Shown here: positions 40,264 through 49,803 of the stretch, in pieces
How positions within the stretch are numbered: position 1 is the stretch's first letter
How the letters are laid out: each line of letters begins with the position of its first letter
Assembly (NCBI RefSeq): GCF_004339015.1
Contig: NZ_SMFQ01000002.1
Coordinates: 309,351-373,350 of the forward strand
Length of the DNA stretch: 64,000 nucleotides
Direction: 5' to 3'
Source: Cocleimonas flava
Lineage (GTDB): Bacteria; Pseudomonadota; Gammaproteobacteria; Thiotrichales; Thiotrichaceae
Notes under the pieces: generated by a model
Seen by the model: only the letters and a program-made list of their open reading frames with translations
The model's database searches: none
Told to the model about the DNA's origin: nothing
Made by a program: the position numbers and the translations under genes

Positions 40264-41313
40264 ATGGTGAAAAATTTGTCATATAAAGTATTAGATATTT
40301 TTTCTGGATGTGGTGGTTTATCTCTTGGCCTGGAGCAAGCTGGTTTTGAAATTGTATTAGGCATAGATAATTGGCAAGATGCTCTTAACACTTTTAAAAA
40401 AAATCATATAAATTCAGAAACCTATTGTCATGATCTATCTAAAATTGATTACAATCATATCGAAAAAAATTATTTAAAAGATGGTATAGATGTCATCGTA
40501 GGTGGCCCACCATGTCAAGGTTTCTCCATTTCTGGAAAAAGAGACCCAAGTGACCCAAGAAATAAACTATATACATCTTTTGTAAAATCCGTAAAACATT
40601 TCAAACCAAAAGCTTTTGTGATGGAAAACGTACCTAATTTAGCATCGATGCAACAAGGTAGAATCAAAGATATTATTACTTCCGAGTTTGAATCTCTAGG
40701 TTACTCAATAAAATCGGAGCGATTGCTTACTTCAGACTATGGCGTCCCACAAAATAGAAAAAGATTCATAATGGTTGGCTTATTAAATGACACTGAATTT
40801 TCATTTCCGGCCAAAACCCACTTTGAAAATAAAATTACTACAGAGCAAGCTATAAGCGACTTGCCTGAAAACTCAGTGGTTTGTGGCGCCGGATACCTTA
40901 GCAAACCTCTTTCGAACTATCAAAAACACATTAGAGGAAAGTCAAAAGGTATTTTCAATCATGTAATAACAAATCATACTGAAAAAACTACTTCCATAAT
41001 ATCCCTAGTACCTGATGGGGGAAATTATAAAGACCTTCCTAATAAATACAAAAACACTCGTAACGTGAACATAGCTTGGACCAGATTTAATAGCAAAAAA
41101 CCTAGTCTTACTATAGATACCGGACACAGACATCACTTTCATTATAAATATAATAGGGTGCCAACAGTTAGAGAATCAGCACGCTTGCAGTCTTTTCCAG
41201 ATGATTTCATATTTTTAGGTTCAAAAACAAGTCAATATAAACAAGTTGGTAATGCTGTCCCCCCCATCCTGTCAAAATCTTTAGGTTTAGCGTTATTGAA
41301 CAACCTAGGTTAA
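40264..41313 (+). CDS. DNA (cytosine-5)-methyltransferase, copy 1
   Basis: 349 aa. Motif I 'FSGCGGLSLG', IV 'GGPPCQGFS', VI 'ENVPNL', VIII 'QNRKRFIMVG', IX 'RESARLQSFPDDF', X 'GNAVPP'. Starts 31 nt after tRNA-Leu. AT-rich (about 33% GC). Confidence 0.9.
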   Translation: MVKNLSYKVLDIFSGCGGLSLGLEQAGFEIVLGIDNWQDALNTFKKNHINSETYCHDLSKIDYNHIEKNYLKDGIDVIVGGPPCQGFSISGKRDPSDPRNKLYTSFVKSVKHFKPKAFVMENVPNLASMQQGRIKDIITSEFESLGYSIKSERLLTSDYGVPQNRKRFIMVGLLNDTEFSFPAKTHFENKITTEQAISDLPENSVVCGAGYLSKPLSNYQKHIRGKSKGIFNHVITNHTEKTTSIISLVPDGGNYKDLPNKYKNTRNVNIAWTRFNSKKPSLTIDTGHRHHFHYKYNRVPTVRESARLQSFPDDFIFLGSKTSQYKQVGNAVPPILSKSLGLALLNNLG

Positions 41314-41317
41314 ACCT

Positions 41318-42736
41318 ATGTATACAGTCCCAGAACAATACTCAGTAAGACTTCATCATTGCAGACCAAGATTTAAAAATGATAGGGAAGATGTGTTGCT
41401 TTATATGGCGAGTGAAATCTGCTTAATCGGAAAGAAAACTAAAAAGGAATTTGCATCTGAGCTTCTAATTGCAATTAAGAATTTTCGAGGCAATGGTACA
41501 AAAGCAGTTAAAACTTTAAACAATTGGCGTACTGAAATCACTACGTTATTAGGATTGGTAGAATTCACTAATGACGGATATTGCAAACCCAGCAGAATGG
41601 CTGAGTTGTTATCAGAAAAACAAGATTTAATAGAATTCTTTCGTTTTTTCTGTTTTAAATTCCAATATCCGGGGGGGCACCTAAAACCTGATCGAACTTT
41701 ATATTTAATTGCAAAAGGAGTTAAATTCAAACCTGTTAAGTATATTTTGAAACTATTACTAGAAGGCAATAAAATTACAAAAAAGAATTTTGGTTTATCT
41801 AAAGCTGAAGCTACTCATTGCATTTTTAATGACCTAAGAGTAGTTAGAGATCAACAAGCCCCAACTAAAACGCTTGATTTAATTATGAAAAATAGAGCCC
41901 AGGGTGTTGAATATGACTGCAATGGTGACGTCATAAGATATGCTGGGGATATATTAGATTATATGGAGCTTGCAAATCTAGTCTCATACAAACTAAATGG
42001 AAGATATTACATCAAGACAAATGAAGTTGAAGTTATTAATTCATTTATAGATAGTAATGAGTACTTCCCCCTTTACGAACCTCTTTATAACTTAGATACA
42101 GTTTCACTTGAAGATATAAAACATACTCAAAATGAGTGGTTTACTTATGTAAATGAGAATCTAAATGAAACTTTATTTAAGAGTGACATAATGCAAGTAC
42201 TACAAGAAGCAAATGACTCTGTAGATCAAGCTGATTCAGAGTTCATTGAAAGCTTATTGATTAGTATTAGAAAAAAGCAAGAAATAAAAGGAAAAGTTAA
42301 AACTAAAGAAATAGGTGACGTTGGAGAATCTATTGCAATATTGCATGAGCAAATCAGACTCACAAATTTAAACAGGGAAGATTTAGCTAAAAAAGTAGTA
42401 AAGTTACCTGAAATGTTTTCAGCTGGATACGATATAAATTCTTTTGAGGGTATAAGTGAAATAAAAAGATTAATTGAAGTTAAAACAACAATAAGTAAAA
42501 ATAAAATAAATATTAATAGATTTCACATGACCCCTAATGAATGGGGTGCGGCCGAAACTTTTAAAGACGCATATTATATTTATCGTTTAATGATTTCCTC
42601 TAGTGGTGTGAATTTATTCGTAATTAAAAACCCGGTGGGACAGTATAAGACTGATAATCTATCAATGACTCCTAGAAATGGGGTCGATATTACTTACTCT
42701 AATGACTCAGGAAAATTAAAGGAATTATTAATCTAA
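41318..42736 (+). CDS. Putative restriction endonuclease / DUF3883-like (PD-(D/E)xK-type) protein sandwiched between two m5C methyltransferases
   Basis: 472 aa. The C-terminal about 130 aa ('GESIAILHEQ...GYDINSFEGISEIKRLIEVKTTISK...FHMTPNEWGAAETFKDAYYIYRL') fit the DUF3883 nuclease-like signature (E...D...EVK). The N-terminal 330 aa is unrecognised. The stop/start overlaps the downstream methyltransferase (TAATG). Confidence 0.55.
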   Translation: MYTVPEQYSVRLHHCRPRFKNDREDVLLYMASEICLIGKKTKKEFASELLIAIKNFRGNGTKAVKTLNNWRTEITTLLGLVEFTNDGYCKPSRMAELLSEKQDLIEFFRFFCFKFQYPGGHLKPDRTLYLIAKGVKFKPVKYILKLLLEGNKITKKNFGLSKAEATHCIFNDLRVVRDQQAPTKTLDLIMKNRAQGVEYDCNGDVIRYAGDILDYMELANLVSYKLNGRYYIKTNEVEVINSFIDSNEYFPLYEPLYNLDTVSLEDIKHTQNEWFTYVNENLNETLFKSDIMQVLQEANDSVDQADSEFIESLLISIRKKQEIKGKVKTKEIGDVGESIAILHEQIRLTNLNREDLAKKVVKLPEMFSAGYDINSFEGISEIKRLIEVKTTISKNKININRFHMTPNEWGAAETFKDAYYIYRLMISSSGVNLFVIKNPVGQYKTDNLSMTPRNGVDITYSNDSGKLKELLI

Positions 42737-43785
42737 TGAAATTAAAAGTAGCATCCTTATTTACTGGTCTAGGAGGCATGGACCTTGGTATCACTGGAGG
42801 TTTTAAATATTTAGATAAAGAATACCAAAAATACAACTTTGAAATCGCTTATGCTATGGATTTTGATAAACCAACATGTAAAATCTACAACGATAATTTC
42901 AATCACACTTGCTACCACCAAGACATTACAAAGTTATCAGCAAACGATGTTCCAGAACATGATATTTTATTAGGAGGATTTCCTTGTCAGTCTTTTTCCG
43001 TATTGGCACAAAATCCTCCTCGACTTGGATATAAAGATATTAAAGGCCAACTTTTTTTTGAGATGTGCCGTATCTTACAGCACCACAGACCACGTTTTTT
43101 TGTCGCAGAAAACGTAAAAGGAATCTTGTCCGCAAACAAAAAAAAAGCATTTCCTCTAATTGTAAAAGAATTTGAAAAGTCTGGTTATTTTGTAAAATAT
43201 CAAGTACTAAATTCCGCACATTATGGAGTGCCACAGAAAAGAGAACGTGTATTTATAGTCGGCTTTAAATACATTCAAGACTATAATAACTTTGAATTTC
43301 CAAAGCCTATAATGACTGAGAACTTTACTCCTTTGAATAAGGTTTTAGAACCTGAAAATACAATTGATGATAAATATTACTTTAGTGAAAAAGCAGTTGC
43401 TGGTTTAAAAGCAACAAAAAATTTAAAAACCATGAATAAAGGCAGAGCGCAGGACATTAATGGACCTAGCAATACTGTAAGTGCACATCTAGCAAAGGTA
43501 AGTTTGAATAGCACTGATCCAGTATTAAGAATTAATAACAAATACAGAATGTACACGCCTCGCGAAGTGGCACGAATACAGTCATTCCCAGAAAGCTTTC
43601 AACTAACAGGCTCTAAAACACTAAATTACAAGGCACTTGGCAACGCTGTAGCTCCTGTAATGATGTGGTACTTAACACAAGAAATACAAAAGACAATTGA
43701 AAAAAGCATCTTCGAAAAGTCGAAGTCGCAAGGGTCCATAGCAAACAATTATATAAGCCACGAACAACTTAATTTATCGCTTTAA
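42736..43785 (+). CDS. DNA (cytosine-5)-methyltransferase, copy 2
   Basis: 349 aa. 'FTGLGGMDLG', 'GGFPCQSFS', 'ENVKGI', 'QKRERVFIVG', 'REVARIQSFPESF', 'GNAVAP'. Only about 30% identical to copy 1, so not a recent duplicate. Confidence 0.9.
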   Translation: MKLKVASLFTGLGGMDLGITGGFKYLDKEYQKYNFEIAYAMDFDKPTCKIYNDNFNHTCYHQDITKLSANDVPEHDILLGGFPCQSFSVLAQNPPRLGYKDIKGQLFFEMCRILQHHRPRFFVAENVKGILSANKKKAFPLIVKEFEKSGYFVKYQVLNSAHYGVPQKRERVFIVGFKYIQDYNNFEFPKPIMTENFTPLNKVLEPENTIDDKYYFSEKAVAGLKATKNLKTMNKGRAQDINGPSNTVSAHLAKVSLNSTDPVLRINNKYRMYTPREVARIQSFPESFQLTGSKTLNYKALGNAVAPVMMWYLTQEIQKTIEKSIFEKSKSQGSIANNYISHEQLNLSL

Positions 43786-44080
43786 TACCCCCTTAATCTT
43801 TTGTCGTCATTAAAAGTATATATATTAAAATTGACCTTATTCGATACTTGATACTCAGTGTTAACCAAAATAACAAAAGTTTACTGAAGACCATATTTCA
43901 AAATAACTTTCACATTATTATCAATCAAAACCTCAATTAATTTAAATCATACTCTAACATCTATTTTTAGTGTGGTAAGAAAAATGATTATTTATGAATA
44001 AACAAATACTCGTTTATCTGAAATATTTTTTACCTTATTAAGAATAAAGTAGTATTGCCTTAATACAACTAATAACAAGA

Positions 44081-45952
44081 ATGACAATGGCTAAGCTGAT
44101 TCCATCCCTGAATAGCTGCCTTCGTAGAATGCAGGCGGGCGAAAAACGATTCGCAAGGCGTATCGAACAATTACTTGAAGATGACTATTTGTGCTGGTTT
44201 GAAATGCCGGTTGGCAAAAGACAGCGCTACACTGATTTTATAATTCTTCATCCATTAAGAGGCCTGCTTTTATTGGAAGTTAAAGATTGGAAAATTGACA
44301 CCATCCAGTCAATCAATAAAAAAACATTCACAATTAATACTAACTCGGGACAAAAAACTGTCACAAATCCATTGGAGCAAGCTAGACAGTGCTCTTATCA
44401 ACTCGTAAATGAATTAGCCAAAGATCCTCAATTAATCAATAAAGATGGTGATAATAAAGGCAAGTTAATTACACCTTATGGTTATGGCGTAGTTCTGAGT
44501 AATATTACTCTCAAACAATTTAATGATACTAATCTAGGTGATGTTCTTCCATCTCACCAAGTCATTTGTAAGGATGAAATGACAGAAAACAGTGATGCTG
44601 AAGAATTCCAAAAACTGCTTTGGAACATGTTTATCTATCAATTCAAAAAACCATTAACAGTACCCCAAATTGATAGAATTCGTTGGCATATATTCCCAGA
44701 AATTAGAATCAATACTGGAATTCAAGATGACTTATTTGCGAATACAATTTCCAATAAACCTTCTAAAAAAGAAAAAATCATTCCTGAAATAATTAAAGTT
44801 ATGGATATGCAGCAAGAACAGCTTGCTCGTAGTATTGGCAACGGTCATCGCGTTATCCATGGTGTGGCTGGTTCTGGCAAAACACTTATCCTTGGGTATC
44901 GAAGTTTATATTTAGCACAAACGATCGAAAAACCAATTTTGGTGCTGTGCTTTAACATCACTTTATCTGCACAACTCAGGCAAATAATGGTTTCACATGA
45001 TATTGCTGATAAAGTGAATGTTTATCATTTTCATGATTGGTGTGGTGAGCAATTAACCAGATATCATATTGATAAACCATCTGTAGGACCTAATTACGTA
45101 AATGGCTTAGTAGAAAAGGTTATTCAAGCAACAGAAGCAGGTAGTATTCCAAAAGATCAGTATGGCGCGATAATGATTGATGAGGGTCACGACTTTCAGC
45201 CAGAGTGGCTAAAGCTGATATCAAGCATGGTAAATCCAGATACTGATTCATTACTACTTTTATATGATGATGCTCAATCAATTTATAAAAAGAAAAATTT
45301 AGATTTCAGCCTTTCTAGTGTTGATATTCAAGCTCGTGGAAGAACCACAATTCTTCGAGTTAATTATCGAAATACAGACGAGATCATCAAATTTGCATAT
45401 CGATTTGCAAGCTACCATTTTAAGGCTGAAGAAAGTGATGAGGATCATGTTCCATTAATTGAGCCAACGTCTGCGGGACGTAAAGGCAAAGAACCTGCAG
45501 TCATGGTTCTTGAGGATCACGATCAAGAAATTAGATATATCATCCATGCTTTCAAAATACTTAATAGCAAATATTCAATTCCTTGGATGGATATGTGTGT
45601 AACTTGCCATAGTAAATGGATAGGGCAAAAATTGCAGTTAGCTTTTGTTAATGCTGGTATTCCTAGTAAATGGCTGGGAACTAAAAAGATGAAGAAAGCA
45701 TATAATCCGAATGATGATAGCGTCACAATCATGACAATTTATAGTAGCAAAGGATTAGAATTCCCTGTTGTCGCCGTATCTGGTGTTGGGTTTATGCCAA
45801 GAAAGAATCACAATAAAATTTCTGAGGCAAAATTACTGTACGTGGCGCTAACACGCTCTACAGAAAAGCTATTGGTTACAAGTCATGTCGAAAATGAATT
45901 TACTAAAGAACTCGGCTATAAATCCAAAGAAGTTGAAAATACAGAAATATAA
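44081..45952 (+). CDS. NERD-domain / UvrD-like superfamily-1 helicase fusion protein
   Basis: 623 aa. N-terminal NERD-like region ('YTDFIILHPLRGLLLLEVKDWK'). Walker A 'GVAGSGKTL'. 'DEGHDF' Walker B. C-terminal 'YSSKGLEFPVV' and 'ALTRS' helicase motifs V/VI. Confidence 0.75.
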   Translation: MTMAKLIPSLNSCLRRMQAGEKRFARRIEQLLEDDYLCWFEMPVGKRQRYTDFIILHPLRGLLLLEVKDWKIDTIQSINKKTFTINTNSGQKTVTNPLEQARQCSYQLVNELAKDPQLINKDGDNKGKLITPYGYGVVLSNITLKQFNDTNLGDVLPSHQVICKDEMTENSDAEEFQKLLWNMFIYQFKKPLTVPQIDRIRWHIFPEIRINTGIQDDLFANTISNKPSKKEKIIPEIIKVMDMQQEQLARSIGNGHRVIHGVAGSGKTLILGYRSLYLAQTIEKPILVLCFNITLSAQLRQIMVSHDIADKVNVYHFHDWCGEQLTRYHIDKPSVGPNYVNGLVEKVIQATEAGSIPKDQYGAIMIDEGHDFQPEWLKLISSMVNPDTDSLLLLYDDAQSIYKKKNLDFSLSSVDIQARGRTTILRVNYRNTDEIIKFAYRFASYHFKAEESDEDHVPLIEPTSAGRKGKEPAVMVLEDHDQEIRYIIHAFKILNSKYSIPWMDMCVTCHSKWIGQKLQLAFVNAGIPSKWLGTKKMKKAYNPNDDSVTIMTIYSSKGLEFPVVAVSGVGFMPRKNHNKISEAKLLYVALTRSTEKLLVTSHVENEFTKELGYKSKEVENTEI

Positions 45953-45956
45953 TCAA

Positions 45957-45988
45957 ACACACCCCCCTACTTTGAGGCACTTTTTTAT
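45957..45988 (+). repeat. REP-like element ('cacacccccctactttgaggcactttttt'), right boundary of the AT-rich island
   Basis: Starts 5 nt after the helicase stop. Core match. Confidence 0.7.
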
Positions 45989-46162
45989 TATTTCTAATAA
46001 AGCTTCCCCTGATTCAAAATCAACCCCTATCTCAAGAAATAATGGGCTAGGATGAAGGGTGTTTGAGCAAAGAATGAGCGAGTTTCCTTCAGCCCCATTG
46101 TTTCCCCTCTGAATTTAAAACTATGATGTCGTAAAATAAACGGCATTTATTATTCGACTGCG

Positions 46163-46238
46163 TCTCACCCTAAAGGGTCGTCGTCACTGCGTTCCAACGT
46201 TGTCTCGGCTATCGCCTCGGCTGGGTTACGTTTTTTTT
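46163..46238 (+). repeat. Repeat family B copy 2 ('tcaccctaaagggtcgtcgtcactgcgttccaacgttgtctcggctatcgcctcggctgggttacgtttttttt')
   Basis: Aligns with 39045-39110 at about 80% identity. Confidence 0.65.
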
Positions 46239-46286
46239 GCTGTAGACAAAAAGGTAACTCGTAGCTTCGCTACGAAATAATAAAAG

Positions 46287-46315
46287 CCACCTCCCCACTT
46301 TGGGGCACTTTTTTA
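46287..46315 (+). repeat. REP-like element ('gccacctccccactttggggcactttttt')
   Basis: Core match. Preceded by the palindrome 'tcgtagcttcgctacga' (46260-46276). Confidence 0.65.
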
Positions 46316-46464
46316 AATCCCAATTCCCCCCAAATGCCGTATATCGGATCGATTACGCAAAATTATATTTATGGGTTAATCTGGCTGATAACAGCAAATA
46401 TCAATTATAAAAATAATTTGCATAATAAATTTTGCCTTAAAGAGGCAAATTGAAAGGTAAATAA

Positions 46465-47298
46465 ATGAATAAAAATAACCTTCTCACCATTTTTATGATG
46501 GTCATTATGAGCGTCGGCTTACTACCCACTCAGTCATTTGCCGAATCCAGTTACACCGTTGGCGTGGTTCCGCAGTTTGATGCGCGTCGCACTCAACAGG
46601 TTTGGACACCTATTCTTAAGCGCCTTGAAGCTGAAACAGGTAAAACATTTAAGCTAGTGGGTTCGCCGGATATTCCTGAATTTGAGAAGGCTTTTAATGC
46701 GGGTGAGTACGATTTCGCTTATATGAATCCGTATCATTTGATTGTGGCTAACAAGAGTCAGGGCTATCAGCCGATTGTGCGTGATATTGGGCGTAAATTG
46801 TATGGCGTTATCGTGGTGAAGAAGGACAGCCCGATTACTGATGTGAAGCAACTGGATGGTAAAGTTGTAGCGCTTCCTGCGCCGAATGCATTGGGTGCCG
46901 CGCTTATTCCGCGTACTGAATTTGCGACCAAGTTTATGATTAAGCCCGAATACAAATATGTGAAGAGTCATTCTTCTGTGTACCTGAATGTGTTGCTGGG
47001 TCAGGCTGAAGCTGGCGGCGGCGTGCAGAAAACGTTTTCTCAACAAAAACCTGAGGTTAAGGATAATTTACGCATTTTGTATGAGACGACTAAGGTTGCT
47101 CCGCATCCGGTTGCAGTCCATCCGCGAGTATCTGCTGAGGTGAGTCAACAGGTTCAGGATGCGTTTTTGAAAATGGCAGCATCTGAAAAGGACACGAAGC
47201 TATTGCAGAAGATTCCGATGAAGCAACTTGGTGTTGCTGAGCTCAAGGATTATGACGAGTTACTTGAGATGGGGTTGGAGTCCTTTTACGTTAAGTAA
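46465..47298 (+). CDS. Periplasmic PhnD/SsuA-like (phosphonate-ABC-type) substrate-binding protein, sensor-associated
   Basis: 277 aa. Signal peptide. 'YTVGVVPQFD', 'FDFAYMNPYH', 'GKVVALPAPNALGAALIPR' are typical of PhnD-like binding proteins. No ABC permease or ATPase nearby. A sensor gene follows 22 nt downstream. Confidence 0.7.
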   Translation: MNKNNLLTIFMMVIMSVGLLPTQSFAESSYTVGVVPQFDARRTQQVWTPILKRLEAETGKTFKLVGSPDIPEFEKAFNAGEYDFAYMNPYHLIVANKSQGYQPIVRDIGRKLYGVIVVKKDSPITDVKQLDGKVVALPAPNALGAALIPRTEFATKFMIKPEYKYVKSHSSVYLNVLLGQAEAGGGVQKTFSQQKPEVKDNLRILYETTKVAPHPVAVHPRVSAEVSQQVQDAFLKMAASEKDTKLLQKIPMKQLGVAELKDYDELLEMGLESFYVK

Positions 47299-47319
47299 TC
47301 TGCGGATTACTTTTATTTT

Positions 47320-49476
47320 ATGAAATTCCTTAAATACTACTTCCCCTTTTTATTTGTGATGATCGGTTTGGCCGCCATCTTGCATTTTGTGTGGCTGCCT
47401 TATTACGTTGATACAGAAATAGAAAGCATTCTGACTCATGAGAAAGAGAAGACTCGTCTGTTATCAGATACTGTCATCCCTGCGATGTTGTCGGGCGATT
47501 TGGCGGAAATTCATACCACGCTTGATAATGTGGTAGAAAAGAACCCGGCCTGGAGTGCTGTGGTTTTGCAAAAGCTGGATGGCACGCAGTTATATCCATT
47601 ATCTAAAATAGAATTATCACAATCTGACGCCTCTAATATCGTCAAACATTCTCTGATCTATCAAGAACAGGAGTTGGGCAATATTCAAGTACAGACAGAC
47701 CTTGAGTCACTGATTGCGCCCAAAGTGGAGAAGCTGCAACATCTGGAACTGTTGGTGCTGGTTTCGAGTTTCCTGATCGTTATGGTCGGTGTGTTTCTAC
47801 AGAACAGATTTATCCATCTGCCCTTGAAAAAATTGAGTATCGCTACCTCGCGCATTGCCGAGGGGGATTTTCTTACGCCCCTGCCGCAATCATCGAATAC
47901 GGTGCTTTCAAAGTTTGTTGAAAACTTTAACCACATGCGCAATGACCTGGAAAGCCGTGATGTTCAGCTGATGCGGCAACAGACCATTCAAGATGCTGTG
48001 CATAATATGCAGTCAAAATTTCTGACGGTACAAGATACTGGCGCGGTTTACTGTGACATGCTGGATACCCTGTTAGAGTTGAGCCAGAGTGAGTTTGGTC
48101 TTATCGGTGAAGTGAAATACGATGTTGATAATCAACTCTGCATGAAAGTGCTGGTTGTAACGAATATCGCCTGGGATTTACCGAGCCGCAATATGTTTGA
48201 AGCGGTGATTAAAGGCGACTTGACGTTTACTGATATTGATAATCTATTTTGTCGGGCGCTGATAACGGGCAAAGTTGAAATTAATAATAACCCTGAGTCT
48301 GAATTATTGAAAATGGACCTGCCTGCGGGCCATCCTGAAATTAGAAATTATGTTGGAATCCCCCAGTACAATGGTAAGCAACAGCTAACAGGCATGGTGG
48401 CACTGGCCAATACGAAAAAAGCGTATTCAGATGCCTCTATCAGCGAGCTCAATATTATCTGGAATGCGATCGGCAATTTGATTGATGCGTTTCACCGCAA
48501 GGAATTGTTAAGCGAAAGCGAAGCGCATTTAAGAGCCATTGTGGATAACGCGGTTGATGGCATTATCGTGATAGACAGCAATGGCACGGTGCTGACTTTC
48601 AACCCCGCTGCCGAAGATATTTTCGGTTATAACGAAAACGAAGTCATCAATGAAAGCATCAAGATTTTGATGCCGCCCATGTACGCCGAACATTATGGTG
48701 CGAATCTTTCGAGTTATTTAAGCACGGTTAAATCCCAACTGATTGGCAGCAGCAGAGAGATGGTTGGACAGCGCAAAAATGGCGAAGAGTTCTTTATGGA
48801 AGTGTCAGTGGCCGAGGTAAGAACCGGCACTATTCGTCACTTCACAGGAATTGTCAGAGACATTACAGAACGCAAAGAGCAAGAATCTCAACTGATTGCG
48901 GTGCAGGAAATACTGTCTGAAAACAACGAACAGTTGCTTGGCTTATCGATTAAGGATGGTTTAACTGGAATCGCTAATCGCCGTTGTTTCGATGAGACCT
49001 TGGAAGCTGAGATTAAACGCGCTATTCGTCATCAGTCTTCTATTTCATTAATTCTTTTTGATATTGATCACTTCAAACTCTATAACGACCATTATGGCCA
49101 CGTGGAAGGTGACGAATGCTTGACCAAACTGGCGAACCTTGTGTCTGAGATTTTTAATCGCGACGGTGATCTGGTTGCGCGTTATGGTGGCGAAGAGTTT
49201 GCCGTCATTCTGCCATTAACCAATGAAAGCATCGCGATTAAGTTTGCTGAAGTCATTCGGGAAAAAATCGTGGAAGCGGCAATCCCCCACGAGAAATCAC
49301 CAACAGCGTCGTATGTCTCTGTTAGTCTGGGTGTGGCGACTCTTGACGTAGGCGAGTTTTCAACCGGATCGGAGCTGGTTGATTTAGCGGATAAGGCCTT
49401 ATACCGGGCGAAATCAGAAGGTCGCAATCAGGTTTATTCGAAAGAAATGTCGCTGATGACGGCGAAACTTCATTAG
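47320..49476 (+). CDS. Sensor diguanylate cyclase (TM-periplasmic domain-HAMP-GAF-PAS-GGDEF)
   Basis: 718 aa. Two TM segments flank an about 140-aa periplasmic loop. GAF-like middle region. PAS ('IVDNAVDGIIVIDSNGTVLTFNPAAEDIFGY'). 'RYGGEEFAVIL' GGEEF active site. Confidence 0.85.
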   Translation: MKFLKYYFPFLFVMIGLAAILHFVWLPYYVDTEIESILTHEKEKTRLLSDTVIPAMLSGDLAEIHTTLDNVVEKNPAWSAVVLQKLDGTQLYPLSKIELSQSDASNIVKHSLIYQEQELGNIQVQTDLESLIAPKVEKLQHLELLVLVSSFLIVMVGVFLQNRFIHLPLKKLSIATSRIAEGDFLTPLPQSSNTVLSKFVENFNHMRNDLESRDVQLMRQQTIQDAVHNMQSKFLTVQDTGAVYCDMLDTLLELSQSEFGLIGEVKYDVDNQLCMKVLVVTNIAWDLPSRNMFEAVIKGDLTFTDIDNLFCRALITGKVEINNNPESELLKMDLPAGHPEIRNYVGIPQYNGKQQLTGMVALANTKKAYSDASISELNIIWNAIGNLIDAFHRKELLSESEAHLRAIVDNAVDGIIVIDSNGTVLTFNPAAEDIFGYNENEVINESIKILMPPMYAEHYGANLSSYLSTVKSQLIGSSREMVGQRKNGEEFFMEVSVAEVRTGTIRHFTGIVRDITERKEQESQLIAVQEILSENNEQLLGLSIKDGLTGIANRRCFDETLEAEIKRAIRHQSSISLILFDIDHFKLYNDHYGHVEGDECLTKLANLVSEIFNRDGDLVARYGGEEFAVILPLTNESIAIKFAEVIREKIVEAAIPHEKSPTASYVSVSLGVATLDVGEFSTGSELVDLADKALYRAKSEGRNQVYSKEMSLMTAKLH

Positions 49477-49803
49477 TTATAACATCACAGGGATAGCAAA
49501 ACACTAGCGTTACATCGCCATAACTTTGCATAAATCTTAAACGCGTCATATCTAGCTTTTCATCCAAAATAACGTTGATTCAAGCTTATAGCTAAACCTC
49601 TAAAATAAGTCGTGCTGGTTAACGGCTTTTATACGTTCCCCTCTATCTTTTCAGTCTTTATCCATTACAGACAAATTTACCATTCATTCCAATAAATTAA
49701 CAAAAAACAATGACCCGTAGTTTATGAACTATTAGACTAAGAACCAGTCCCAACTAGGGATACTGCGATACTTTAATAATCTTTCAAAGCGGAACTCTCT
49801 TTT

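Noticed and set aside
40234-45955. Integrase-mediated tRNA-Leu genomic island
   Set aside because: I could find no integrase ORF in the island and no duplicated tRNA 3'-end direct repeat at the right boundary. I kept the call as 'island by composition and position' only.
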